DNA of 64,000 nt from Haliotis rufescens (Eukaryota): positions 434,001 to 498,000 of the forward strand of contig NW_025964079.1 in NCBI RefSeq assembly GCF_023055435.1, read 5' to 3'. Under the pieces are notes generated by a model, which saw nothing but the letters and a program-made list of their open reading frames with translations, ran no database searches and was not told where the DNA came from. Positions 12,017 through 23,480 of the stretch are shown in pieces; the stretch's first letter is position 1; each line of letters begins with the position of its first letter. The translations under genes were made by a program, and so were the position numbers.

Positions 12017-12632
12017 AGTAAGTACCGCGGACCTTCACCCCCAGATAGACCCTCTGAGCATCAAGTGGATATGGTGAAATTGAATTTATAGAATTTATGT
12101 ATATATTGCCATTCATAATGTTTTGCAGCAGCTGCTGTCAAGCTGACACATTTTGTATTACGTGCCCCCGAAGAGATCACCCGCTTTAACTAACATACAG
12201 CTGGATTACACATTGTGTAATACCAAAAGGCGTGCTTATGTACTCTCGGAACGTTTCATGAACAAATATTGAAAGCTCTCAACATCCCCTGGCTTATTCA
12301 ACGACATTGCGTGTGGAGATGATTTATCACTGAGAGGAGCTTATGCACACTCGGTTACCCCAGCAACCTTGTTGCAAGGCTGACGTCACATGGCATTGTT
12401 TCGCCGATGGATCTTGCAACAAAATTCCACAAATTACGTCATCGGGTATATTGGCAATTTTTAAGTTACTCTCACCCTAGTCTATGAGACGTCACGTTTC
12501 TCTAGAGTCCGCCTGCACTGTCATAACGTTACGAAGTGCAGTCAAATATACACACAGCGACAAAACGAAAACAGGTTACAATTGGTACATATTTCTGCCA
12601 AATCCTGCCGAGAAACCTACCCTCTATACGAT

Positions 12633-12789
12633 ATATAGAGGTTATCACACGAGTGTGTTTGGGAATGGTAAATATCCTGCATTAGGAACACTATGTATTT
12701 AGCTCGCCAAGGCTCGCTAAATACAATGTTTATTCCCAATGCAGGATATTTACCATTTCCCAAACACACTCGCGTGATAACCTCTTTAT
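12633..12789. repeat. ~157-bp near-perfect palindrome
   Basis: AGAGGTTATCACACGAGTGTGTTTGGGAATGGTAAATATCCTGCATT... is mirrored around CGCCAAGGCTCG. Confidence 0.9.
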
Positions 12790-13659
12790 CATATTATGTC
12801 ATTCTTTAATTCTGTGCTTTAATATCGCTTTCCCCTTCTCACAAACATTACCGAAACATTGGAGTTTTCCCGGAATATGCACATTAATATTTATTACGTC
12901 ACAGGGTAAGTGATGTGTCAGTCGGACAGTGACAGTAGCCAATGTAGTTCCAACTGAAATTTGTTTTTTATACAGTGGCGAAGCAACATATACGCAAAAC
13001 AACAACTGTTTTTACTTGACTTTCGCGGTAATCCATCGGTCTGTCCGCTACAGTAACTGCCCTTTGTCAAAGGGCAGCTACTCTAACCCTAGTCTATGAG
13101 ACGTCACGACCACGTTCAGACGTTGTTGACAGACGGCCTGTCCTGTCATAACGTTAAGAAGTGCAGTCAGATGCACACACAGCGGCAAAACGAAACAAGG
13201 TAACAATTCAAACATATTTCGGCCAAATCCAACTATTTTAATTTGTGGAAAAGGTTTCAAGCTGCTGAGGTCTATAAGCACAGATATGGATACTGATCTA
13301 GGCTAGGCCTATTGCCCTCGCAAAATGGTTTCGAAATTTATATATCTCCAAAGTAGCCAAAACATATAAAATGCCTTAGCTACGTCACAGTTAGACACTG
13401 GTTTTCCGTATATTTGTCTATTCTTTTGATAATGATAGCAATTATCCCTGTAGTTTATCCAGATTCCCGATGGTTAATGCTGACTCGATCGCCGAATGAC
13501 AAGGGCGACGCCATGTTTGTTTATGAACACTGAAAGTAGTCCCTACTTGACCTTTGATATTTGCATCTCTATCCGCATATGACCCCAACGGATATCGTTT
13601 TTATCCGTTGGTTTTATCCTGTCGAGAAACCTACCCATTATATGATATCTTATGTTTTA

Positions 13660-14385
13660 ATCTTTACTTTAGAGATGAGCGATAACAATCTATCGTTTCT
13701 AGATGTAATGGTTACAATTTCAAACAATAACATTGAAACAGATGTATATTACAAACCAACCGATTCGAAGCAATACCTCACTCATTAGCAAGTAGAATCT
13801 GCGCAATTGTATCTAATTAAGATCGTGCACAATATAGACTCGATGAACTGAGGGAGTCACTATTAGAAAGAAACTACCCTAGAAAAATAGTGGAAGACGC
13901 AATAAACAAGGCTAAATCACAAAACCGTTGTGATCTTTTTAAACCTAAAGCTAAACCTAACGAGAGTGTTCTCCCTTTTGTTACAACCTTTAATCCCCCA
14001 AACCCGGAAATATTTGGAAGTGTTCGGGAAACACTGTATCCCTTAAATAAGTGTAAAGAACTACAAAAACAAAAAAAATATCACAAAATAAACTTATTAA
14101 AAGTAAAAGACAAAATCTGAAACCGATTCTTAAAAGGCTTCTCTCTCAAATGGAAAACAAGAATGTAAAACAGTACAAAAGTGTAACAGACCAAATTGTG
14201 GTACTTGCCCTCATGTTTTACAATGTTGTTCTTTTACATTCAAAGACGGAAAAAACTTTCTATGTCCGTGAAAATATTAATTGTGCTTAAAAAAACTTGA
14301 TTTATGTCATACAATGTGCTGGATGCAAGGCCGAATACATTGGACAGACAGGGGACACCCTAAGAACGAGAGTGAGGGTCCACCA
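13660..14385 (+). mobile_element. Penelope-like retroelement fragment (RT C-terminus + GIY-YIG endonuclease), disrupted
   Basis: FTLE..LSFLDV..TDVYYKPTDSKQYL, LPFVTTFNP, and NLIYVIQCAGCKAEYIGQTGDTLRTRVRVH at ~14290-14385; stops and frameshifts. Confidence 0.85.
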
Positions 14386-14393
14386 GTTTTAAT

Positions 14394-14439
14394 TGACTAG
14401 CGCTTTCAACTCGTACAACGTACGAGTCTCATCAGGCCA
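14394..14439 (-). ncRNA. Minimal type I hammerhead ribozyme (Penelope-associated)
   Basis: UGGC-CUGAUGA-GACUCGUAC(GUU)GUACGAGUU-GAAA-GCGC-UA^GUCA: intact core, 9-bp stem II, palindromic stem III, 4-bp stem I. Confidence 0.8.
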
Positions 14440-14915
14440 TATCGGACATGAAGTAGTAACATATAGTTACGTGACGTCATAACATTTAGGAGAACTATGA
14501 CGCCACAATGCCAAGGTGACAATGGACCAAATAACTTACGCCTTTACATTTAACTTAGGCGCGTATTTAGGAATGAAATGTTGCCCATTTTGAAACAATG
14601 TAGGTTCATGTTCATAATTTAGCTTATACAGTGGGAAAACTAAAAAGTTACCGCTTCCACATGTATCTAAATGTTCACTGAGTGGAATCGTGCGGTTGTT
14701 AGGCTGCTTTATTTGTAAACTGTGACGATTCATTCTTCTTTTCAATTTGAGTTCTGTCTTTCCGTTATACTTTTCATGCATCCACTACAAACAATCAAGT
14801 AAATAACATTTCTAGTATCACGAGTCATATTTTGTTTTACAGTAAGTTTAGTGTCCTTTTGGACTAAAGAGCCTTCAATTATATTTCTGCAAGTAAGGCA
14901 ACGTTTGTCACGGCA
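14440..14915 (-). mobile_element. Second Penelope-like fragment (GIY-YIG 3' end), tail-to-tail with the first
   Basis: NVIYLIVCSGC..Y.GKT..LKRRMNRH..IPLSEHLDTCG...FIPKYAPKLN. Confidence 0.8.
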
Positions 14916-14919
14916 CTAA

Positions 14920-14929
14920 AACAAACAAA

Positions 14930-15001
<72 letters not shown>
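14920..15001. repeat. (CAAA)n(CA)n(TA)n microsatellite marking the left edge of the tandem array
   Basis: Seen directly. Confidence 0.95.
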
Positions 15002-15539
15002 GGCTGAACCCGACACTCCATTGTGTGAGCATCGATCTACGCAATTGGAAGACGATGACTTGCATCACTGTATCAACCAAGTCAGCGAGCAGGAATACGG
15101 ATCCATTTAGTTGTCTTTTGCAACAAACATATGTTAGGATCCAGGGATGCTTTAATTATTGACATGTTTTCGTACAATGCATTCCCATATTCTATTCATT
15201 GCTTTCCATTGAATATTTAACGAAACCACGTGCTTGTTTAAACAATGGCATTTGCATTCTCTGTCATCGGTTAATGCAGGGTAATAAGAGCGACAAAACC
15301 CTTTTCATGTCCATAACAAATCTGCTCAAAGGAGAGTCGATTGTACAATTCTCACTATCCTGAGCATGTGTTTATTTATTACTTTCACAGTGATGACACC
15401 ATGGGGGAGCGTATCCTGCCCCACTGTTGGCACCTGTCATAAACACCTTCAAAGTCAAATCAATTGATTCCGTAAAAAACACTGGGACAAGTAAAAAAAG
15501 TGAATTGCCTTGGACTTTATCTTTGTCATTGATGCGTGA

Positions 15540-15900
15540 AATGTGGAACTTTCCTCCACATGTCTACCATTAAACTGTTTGAAAGCTTCTCTGAGTCATT
15601 GAATCAAACAATTACAGAGACAAAGTTGTAATCTTCGTTAAAGAGCATGCTCGATTGTACCTCAAAAGTTGCGAAATGTAGACATGTGGACAATGTTTAT
15701 GCATAGATCTAAATATGAAACAGGTGAAGCGGTCTCACTGGTCTTCTTTATTCCTAGTTCAGATCAGGTGGGTAAATCAATGGAAGGAGATGGCTATTCG
15801 GTGCTTATTGAATACAATTTCAGTTGAACCATCAAGCCATTTCCGTGATGTCAAAAATGTAAAACAATTGCATCGAGTACGCCGACGAGGGACGACCTAC
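15540..15900 (-). mobile_element. Decayed Penelope-type RT fragment (copies at ~28300-28650, ~39880-40230, ~50690-51030)
   Basis: Copies translate as YSPELGIKETGE...SYLDVCIKI, matching the YPxELxIKxT..SYLD motif of PLE RTs. Confidence 0.55.
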
Positions 15901-16796
15901 GGCGACAAAATCCTTTAAGGCCAGGTGAGCTAAAACTAAGTTGTATGCTGGATGTCCTGATGTCGGCTCCTCCTTTCGCAAAAAACTAATCGCTTGTTTT
16001 GAAGCAGTGAAATTTTGGGTCCCCAACAGTATATTTTGACAAAAATAATAAAAATTCAATTCATCACATTAGAAGTTTCCATTCTCCACATTCTTATATT
16101 GAGATATTATTCTGACGGTATCGCAAATACAATTTCAGCAGTACGTCACATTTGGTATGTGACTGGTCAAATATTTAATAGGTTAATCCGAATTCTTACC
16201 TAATTAGCGTTCTGGTTATTCTAAAAGCGTTACCCTGCATGATTGTTTCAGTTTGATCACCGCAGACCTAAATATTTGTAGAAACGTAGTTTTTCAATAT
16301 TCGTTGGAGGGCATTAAAAAATGTAGATTTGCAGACACTACATTATTCAGAGAACATGTCAAATACATTGATAACAGACAATACGGTGTGTTTCAAATAT
16401 CGGAAATATTGAAACAACATGTACCATTGGATCAGTGAGGTCAATTGACGAGAAACTGATCGCTCTAAATTAATAAAACGGACAAACCTATTCCCATATT
16501 CATAAGAAATCTCTTCTAAAAGCAGAGTGAACGTTGATGACAAATCACTCACGCAATTTCCCGAGAAGCTAAAACATGTGCCACCTCTCAGTGATATATT
16601 AAATAAAGTGAGATAAATTGAAAGGGTCATATGTCAGTGAAATGGCATACACAAGTATGTTACTGACCAGTCTTCCGTAAATCAGTTCAGATCATTACCA
16701 TTATGTTTGTCTTTGACTTTATCGCCAAACGCATCTCAACCTTTTCCTTGGACAATGTCCAAAACTCGGAGTTGTAGGGTCCTAACATTTCACAAT

Positions 16797-17718
16797 AATT
16801 AAATTTTCGTTGTGTTCATGGAAATTCCTGCATTCTGATTAGCTGAATTGGTCACGTGTTATTGCATTCATTTCCCAATGAATGTAAAAAATTAAGCCAC
16901 GCCCACCGCGGCGCACTACTTTTATTACTTCGGAATGTCGGGGAATCCCAATATTACAGTCGAGGGAATTCCCTTTCTGCTCACGTGTATCGTCATGCAC
17001 AGGACATTTAGCGACTTTCATGCATATTCATTGTCCAAACTACCCTTTGAAACCGAAGGCCGAGAATGAATGAAACAGCAAACGTGCAGGCTCGCTCGCC
17101 TGTTTTTTTCCCGCTCGCCCCGGTTCAACTTTCATGTCTTCGGGTTTCATTTATAACTAGCATTTCTCCAACTGTGATTTACCGTAATCGGGGAAGTAAT
17201 GTTTGAATCACGCAGTAAATGACCATGTTATTTGAAACTGCCGCCTTCTCTCGGACATATTTCTTCCGGTTCGTTACAGTCTGACTGTTGCAGTTCTTTT
17301 CGCCTCTTGCCTTAATTGACAGGTCAAATGAACATTGTTTTAATCCCACTCTCCGTTGATTGGCTACTGACTGTGTAGGCGTGTCAAGTTATGTGCATAA
17401 ATTAAACGATCACCTGATTCATGTCACGCCACTGTATGTATTACTACACCTGGAATGTTTATCAATGTCGTCATTTTTGTCTGTTTTGATATATGCAACT
17501 GTTTTGGGTTAAACTATTGTAGATAAAACATGTTTTACGTTGTCGAATTTAATTATAAGCATTGACTGTATATTTTTTTCGGTTCATTGAGGTATGAATC
17601 GAAAAGCCGATGTGCAAACTTTTGTAAGAATCCGCTACGCGGATTCATACAGTTTGCACATCGGCTTTTCGATTCATACCTCAATGAACCGAAAAAAATA
17701 CACAGTCAATCCTTAAAT
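16797..17718. mobile_element. ~920-bp insertion unique to unit 1, ending in a 160-bp palindrome (17556-17715)
   Basis: Other units read TTTCACAATGAAACACG uninterrupted (~29685, ~41250, ~52070); no terminal inverted repeats seen. Confidence 0.8.
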
Positions 17719-18637
17719 GAAACACGGATTCACAGCATAACAGGAACGAGTGTTTTGTACGTCCAACTACTTCAGCAGTTCATTTACAATTTAAGGGATC
17801 CAGACAGTGCAATGTAAACATGGGCACAGAGACCCAGAGCATCACAGCAATCAATAACCGTCAGTACATGTTATCACAGATTCCACACTGCATCAAGATT
17901 AATAATTGGCACCAACTCTGTTTAACATCTGTGGAAACCATGGCATCTTTGGTTCGTTGCAGTCGCAGATGTTGCTGCCTTTTAAGATAAACACATGTGC
18001 CCTAGTGTCACCTTAACGCATGTGTCTAACACCACACATAAAACTATCATAAAATTGTGAGTTATTGATAATTATATGCTATTTGCACATGGGCATTTTA
18101 GCAATTTTCAATGCTGAATGGTCAGTTAAAAGGGAGATGACGCCAAATTTGTCCATTCTGGAGAACAATACGATACGATTTTATTCATTATTCATGTCTC
18201 TTAAAAGCATTTCTTCATCTGAACACTGTTTCTGATATGTAACCATGACGTTTGATTCGTCCTTCCTCATTTATTCTCATAAAACGTATTGCATAAACCA
18301 AAGAACGGGGCGTACAGTTTTGAGTTTCGGGTCGCGAAAAACTAGTATCATCACTGATTTGCAGTGGTCCATTCATATAGCTTTCACTGCTGTTTTGCCT
18401 TTTGTGCCAAAAGAAATCTGTTTTGACGGAAACTCGAGACTGGTATTCTCTGGTGATGACGTGTTGTATTTCAGATGGCACATCATAATAGCACATACTC
18501 AAGTCATAAAAAAACAAAGACCTTGTCATTGATTCCTACGCACAATTCACAATGAATATTTTTCTCAGAGAATTACTATAACCTATTCTACTAAATACGA
18601 CATATACAATTGATGGTTCGTAAGAAACATTTTGTCA

Positions 18638-19867
18638 TTAAAACACCGCTATGGACACCAACAGTACTGGGATCGCTATCAACAAAGGTATACACAACAC
18701 CCAGAAGAAAAACAGATCAAGGGCCTTGCTCACTCGATTCCACGTCATTACTTTAGTATGTTCCTTAGCCTCGGAATCATCTGATTGTTCTGTGTCCTCA
18801 GAGATATGGTTAGGATGCGACTTCTTTTGTCGACCACAGCTTTTAACATCTTCAACCCAGACGGTGATTCTTTGGAATGATTTAGGAACGGGTCGTGAAT
18901 TACTGCGTGCTGAGATCCTGACACTGAATATGCTGAGGATGACAAATAACGCAGACAATGATAGCGTGATTCCAAGGAAAATGATAAAGGTGGACACACC
19001 CTCGGAACTTTGTGGTACCATGTTTGTTAGAAATCCCATGTAGACTCCATAGGAAAGAGGAATTGTGATGGCAAATGATACTTTTTCTCCTGAATCTGCT
19101 GGAATGAGGAACACAAATGTTCCTAGAAGAGAGAGAATCATGACGGGAAGGATAAAGTTAAAGACAAAATTGGTTGGGAGTCTTTCTAGAATGAGTGTAA
19201 TTTTCACTGTTGACATTGTTTTGTTGTCAGAATGTTTTTTCAACGAAACGATAGTGGCTGACGTCAAACTCCACTGACCTCGTATATTGGAACTGGACAC
19301 TCCAGCACGAGATTGCCCTGGTTTCAGGTGAACTTCTGTCACTGAGTGTGACCACACAACCAGGTCCATAGAACACTTCAGGCTATCAAATGGGTACAAC
19401 TCAACGTCAACATTACATGGCAGGTAGAATAAATCCCCAGGCATCCACTGTATATGTCCATTTGAAAATAGTTTCAGAGACACGAAATCTCCTCCAAGGC
19501 GGTCGAGTTGTTGGAAGGAATTGGACACAACAAGATCAGGTATCCAGATGTAGCTATCTGGGGGTCTGATAAATTCAACTCCGTCATACATCTCAGAATT
19601 CCAGGTGAGAAACTGATCAGACCACGTCACAACAAACCACCCTGTGCATATGAGCTGTTGTTGAGACTCAATGTATCGGCTCACTGTGTGTAGATGAAAA
19701 TCAAATTCAACCGTAATAGTTTCGGATTTGTTGTAGACGGGCCTCTCGTATGGGTTGTTGTTCCAGATGATGTCATTGTAGAGGCGGAATTCACCAGTGG
19801 CTTTTCTGAGTTGTGTCTCAACGGACACAAAACCACAGGCAAGAATATACAAAATTGGCGACATCAT
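18638..19867 (-). CDS. Atypical nicotinic acetylcholine receptor-like Cys-loop channel subunit, type A copy 1 (single coding exon)
   Basis: 409 aa; signal peptide, RPV, WxD..W, WIPD, C-x13-C loop with YPFD, M1-M3, PADSGEK, W..V...LD..F M4; no loop C CC. Confidence 0.96.
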   Translation of the reverse strand: MMSPILYILACGFVSVETQLRKATGEFRLYNDIIWNNNPYERPVYNKSETITVEFDFHLHTVSRYIESQQQLICTGWFVVTWSDQFLTWNSEMYDGVEFIRPPDSYIWIPDLVVSNSFQQLDRLGGDFVSLKLFSNGHIQWMPGDLFYLPCNVDVELYPFDSLKCSMDLVVWSHSVTEVHLKPGQSRAGVSSSNIRGQWSLTSATIVSLKKHSDNKTMSTVKITLILERLPTNFVFNFILPVMILSLLGTFVFLIPADSGEKVSFAITIPLSYGVYMGFLTNMVPQSSEGVSTFIIFLGITLSLSALFVILSIFSVRISARSNSRPVPKSFQRITVWVEDVKSCGRQKKSHPNHISEDTEQSDDSEAKEHTKVMTWNRVSKALDLFFFWVLCIPLLIAIPVLLVSIAVF

Positions 19868-20626
19868 GGTCGTATAGCATCAGCCCTTATCTTCTTCCTC
19901 TGCGATGACAGCTTAATGCTCAGCACACTTGGCTGCCTGTTCTCAATTCTGAGACCAGCCGATGAAACACACTGACTTTGGTCAAAAGCACTTCTTGTGT
20001 CTTACCTGAAATTAATATGAAAAATAATTAAGTAATTCTTTCTGAATATATGCAAACAAATCTGGTTTTGTTGTGTGAGAGTGCTTATCAATTCTGAAAT
20101 TTGATAACATGCTGACCGTGTTGGGGCACAAATAATATATTTTGTTGTCTTTTGACTTGATCTGTTTGTTGTTTACCTCCGCGCTCAGCAATATTCAAGC
20201 TCTATGACATCAATCTCTGGATAATCGAGTCTGAACCAGACAATCAAGTGATTGACATCATACGCATCGATCTTAATAATTGGTATCTGATGAAATGCAT
20301 CAACCAATTTAGCGAGCTGGAAAACCCGATCCCGGATCTTCACAGCGGAACTTTTTGTGTGCAATGAGTCATTGTAAGATTGATCAGTTAGTCCGGTTTT
20401 CAAACTGAATCTGTGTTTTGCATATGGCATATTGAATTGAATTTATAGTAATAGTGTGAATGGTAGCTGATATTTTGAACCTTTCCGTGTACAAAATATG
20501 TACATTTAAATGGGTACTATGTATATATATTTAGTATCTTAAAAGCCACATGCAGATGGCCAAAGAATTGTTTGCAAGTTTCATTCCGCTGCTGACAATA
20601 CATGGTGAGGTGAGGTGAAGGTTATG

Positions 20627-20896
20627 CGTCATACGAAAAGACGTTAAAAGATAGTACTTCTTTTTACACTTACACACTTACGCCGCGACGTGCATGTGTG
20701 TGTGTGCGTGTGTGTGTGAGTGCATGCGTGCGTGTTTGTCGACGGTCCATACGAATGCCGATTGTATAGTTCTAGTCCACACAGATAGCACGCCACAATG
20801 TATCATTGATACCCCACTCAGACACAGTACACTGAATGTCAGCCGACCAGGCAGGGTAAAAATAAGCACTATCTTTTAACGTCGTTTCGCATGATG
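20627..20896. mobile_element. SINE-derived segment with (TG)n, bounded by ~40-bp inverted repeats (present in all four units)
   Basis: CGTCATACGAAAAGACGTTAAAAGATAGTACTTCTTTTTAC (20627-20667) vs GTAAAAATAAGCACTATCTTTTAACGTCGTTTCGCATGATG (20856-20896). Confidence 0.55.
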
Positions 20897-20994
20897 TAGG
20901 TGGGCGTCGAACTACCGACCTTTTGTTCTTCGGGTAGACTCTCTTTCCACCAGACCACGGATGTAGTCTGTATCTAAATGGCTTAATGAATGTT

Positions 20995-22203
20995 GAATGA
21001 ATATATTGTTTATTCACAAAAAGTGTTAGCTCTTTTCTTACACCTTACGGTATCCTTATATGTTTTACACTGCAGTGAATAGGCTTGTAACGAAACATTA
21101 TTCTTTTTCCTATTAAAAACATCTAGTAGTCGGAAGGCTTCTCTTCTTTGATAATCACATTCTTTATCAAACCACGGACTGTCGCGTCCATGACGCTGAA
21201 CAATCCTACGCTTTGTAAAATCTGCTGCTTTCAACAAAGCGTCCGTAAATTTACTAATTTCTGCATATATGTCTGTTAATGCTAACGTAATACAATCATC
21301 AAACAAATGCTTAATTTCATCACATGAGACATTTTTTTTTAACCGATCACCAAAAATATCACGCCAAGTATACTTAATACAAACATCCGGCTTCACATTC
21401 TCACCCGACATAGCACTGTCAATTTCAGTATCATGTGACTGAAAGGTACAATTGGTTGGCGCGTGCAGAGACTCGATCCGAGATCCGATGTTAAAATTCT
21501 TACACAATGTAAACAAATCACTTGTTGTGATAACATAGTCAATAACGCTTGCGCCTGTAGGGGACATAAACGTAAAATCTCCCACACTGGCATCAGATCC
21601 ACAACGAACATTAAGTATAGACAAGTTTAGAGAAGCACACATATTAAGCAAAATTCGCCCAAATTTGTTCAGTCTTATCGGATGAAAATCGCTGTGTGCA
21701 AATACCCCGGCAGAGACAATGACACTTGTCAATGTGCAGAGCTCTACTTATATCGTCCTCAACAAAATCAAAGTCTGTTCCAGTGCGGGCGTTGAAGTCG
21801 CCCCCGAGGAGGATAGAGACGTCCCCCACTTGTTGAAGTACATATATTAACGCATCCTGGAGTATAGATACGCCACACTTGTCAGCTTTATTGACATACC
21901 AATTTGACTTCTCTGGATTGTTGTATGCACAACCTATAAGAGTGTCCTTAGCATTATTAAATACAGATTTCTTTAGCAAAATTAAAACACAGTTGTCACA
22001 TATTTTTGACCATAAAATGGATTTTGAAAGTGTTTTTTATTAACAATGTAATACAACCGGATAGCTTACCTTGTTTGGAGATTTGGCAAACATCAACATT
22101 AAAGTAAACATATTCAGAGAACTCCTTTGAAAAGTCGTAAGCTTTTAGCCAGGTTTCACACAATCCTATAATTGTAAATGTACGTATGTAATTAAGGAAT
22201 TCA
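20995..22203 (-). mobile_element. Endonuclease-only LINE derivative (APE domain + 3' tail), 11-bp TSD
   Basis: IGLCETW, GGDFNARTG, SVIDY, PWFDKEC motifs; AATAAA..ATTCATTC tail; TAATGAATGTT at 20984-20994 and 22204-22214. Confidence 0.88.
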
Positions 22204-23329
22204 TAATGAATGTTAAGGGTAATAGATACGTTATATTTAATCATACTTCTTTTCAAGAGACTGTCCCGTCAGCCAAACAAAATGTGTTTAAACAATATGT
22301 TAGAGATTTGTCTAGTTACCTGCATATTTGAAACAATACCACGATATGTGAAGAAATTAACTTAATTTCCTTTGATTCGAAATCGTGTATTTTTGTTGAA
22401 AATATATAACTAAACAAATTTACGAAATCATATGCGTAACTGGTTAGATTTTTCAAGAAAATGAAAATATAGAAATGACGTCATTATAAAACTATGCCAG
22501 TACAAATATTCGCATACAATGCCTTTTACATTGATATGAGTATGAGTATCAGTTAACATCAGAATAGGAAAACAATATCCATCAGGGCATACTCCACAAA
22601 GCGATATTTGCACCAAGACAGCCGTAGCGCCCATGCATTACCACTGATAAAGGCAGCCTTAGAACTAAGGTCGCTTTGTGGAAAAGGTATCCTGCTCGCT
22701 AACAAAACTTACCGGTAAAGATGTAGTTATTTCCTTGGTAAAACACCTTAGTCCATTGTAAATCCATATCCCTCCTGATGGTACAGTGATATCGTGTCGC
22801 AGAAAGACATGTAGTTCGTTTTATCTTCCCTGTGACAAACGTAAAAACATTCCACTCCAAAACGTCCCATTAACGATAATGCCACCTTCTCATCTGTTAT
22901 CAGCCTGTACACAGATCGATGAGGTGCAACCGATATGACTGTGTGTAGGCAGCCTCCTCGGTACCGCACGTCCATGATGAATAACATAACAAACACCACT
23001 GTCGCCCTGTAACCTGCAACACTGGTTTACACAAATGCCATTAGGACTGATGAATAATTACCACATGCAGACAGTTGTCGGGACATCAGTTACACAATAC
23101 AAATCAGTTGATGTGTCTCGTAACATCGGGGATGTTTACAGTGATTTCCATGGAGAACGTTGATCACATTAAACACTGTGTGATTGATCATGAGAAGTCG
23201 TAATCTGTCAGAATCATTCAATTTCCTTTTGAGGTGTCTATTAGAGGCTGCTACACGCATCCACTATTAAATGTCGGGATCACTTGTGAATCTAAAACCA
23301 ATAAACTTGCTCTAAGCACCTTGTACACA

Positions 23330-23480
23330 GGCAGTCAAAACCATGGCAACCTGTGTAACCCGCTGAATGACAAAAGGGATGATTTGGATTTTCCAGCTGT
23401 GGATTTCGGCTTCATGTTGACTAATATGCAATCAGATCCAGCTTATGGCGTCAACATTTTTGCTAAAAATAGTTTAGAAC
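23330..23480 (+). mobile_element. Decayed Penelope-type RT C-terminal fragment (in every unit)
   Basis: LYDKRDDLDFPAVDF...PAYGV.IS motif. Confidence 0.65.

Noticed and set aside
18651-19975. Recurrent + strand and alternative-frame ORFs overlapping each receptor gene
   Set aside because: Shadow ORFs that recur only because the genes are duplicated
20185-20430. 81-110 aa ORF repeated upstream of A1/A2/A4
   Set aside because: Reverse-strand SINE family 3 remnant; absent in unit 3
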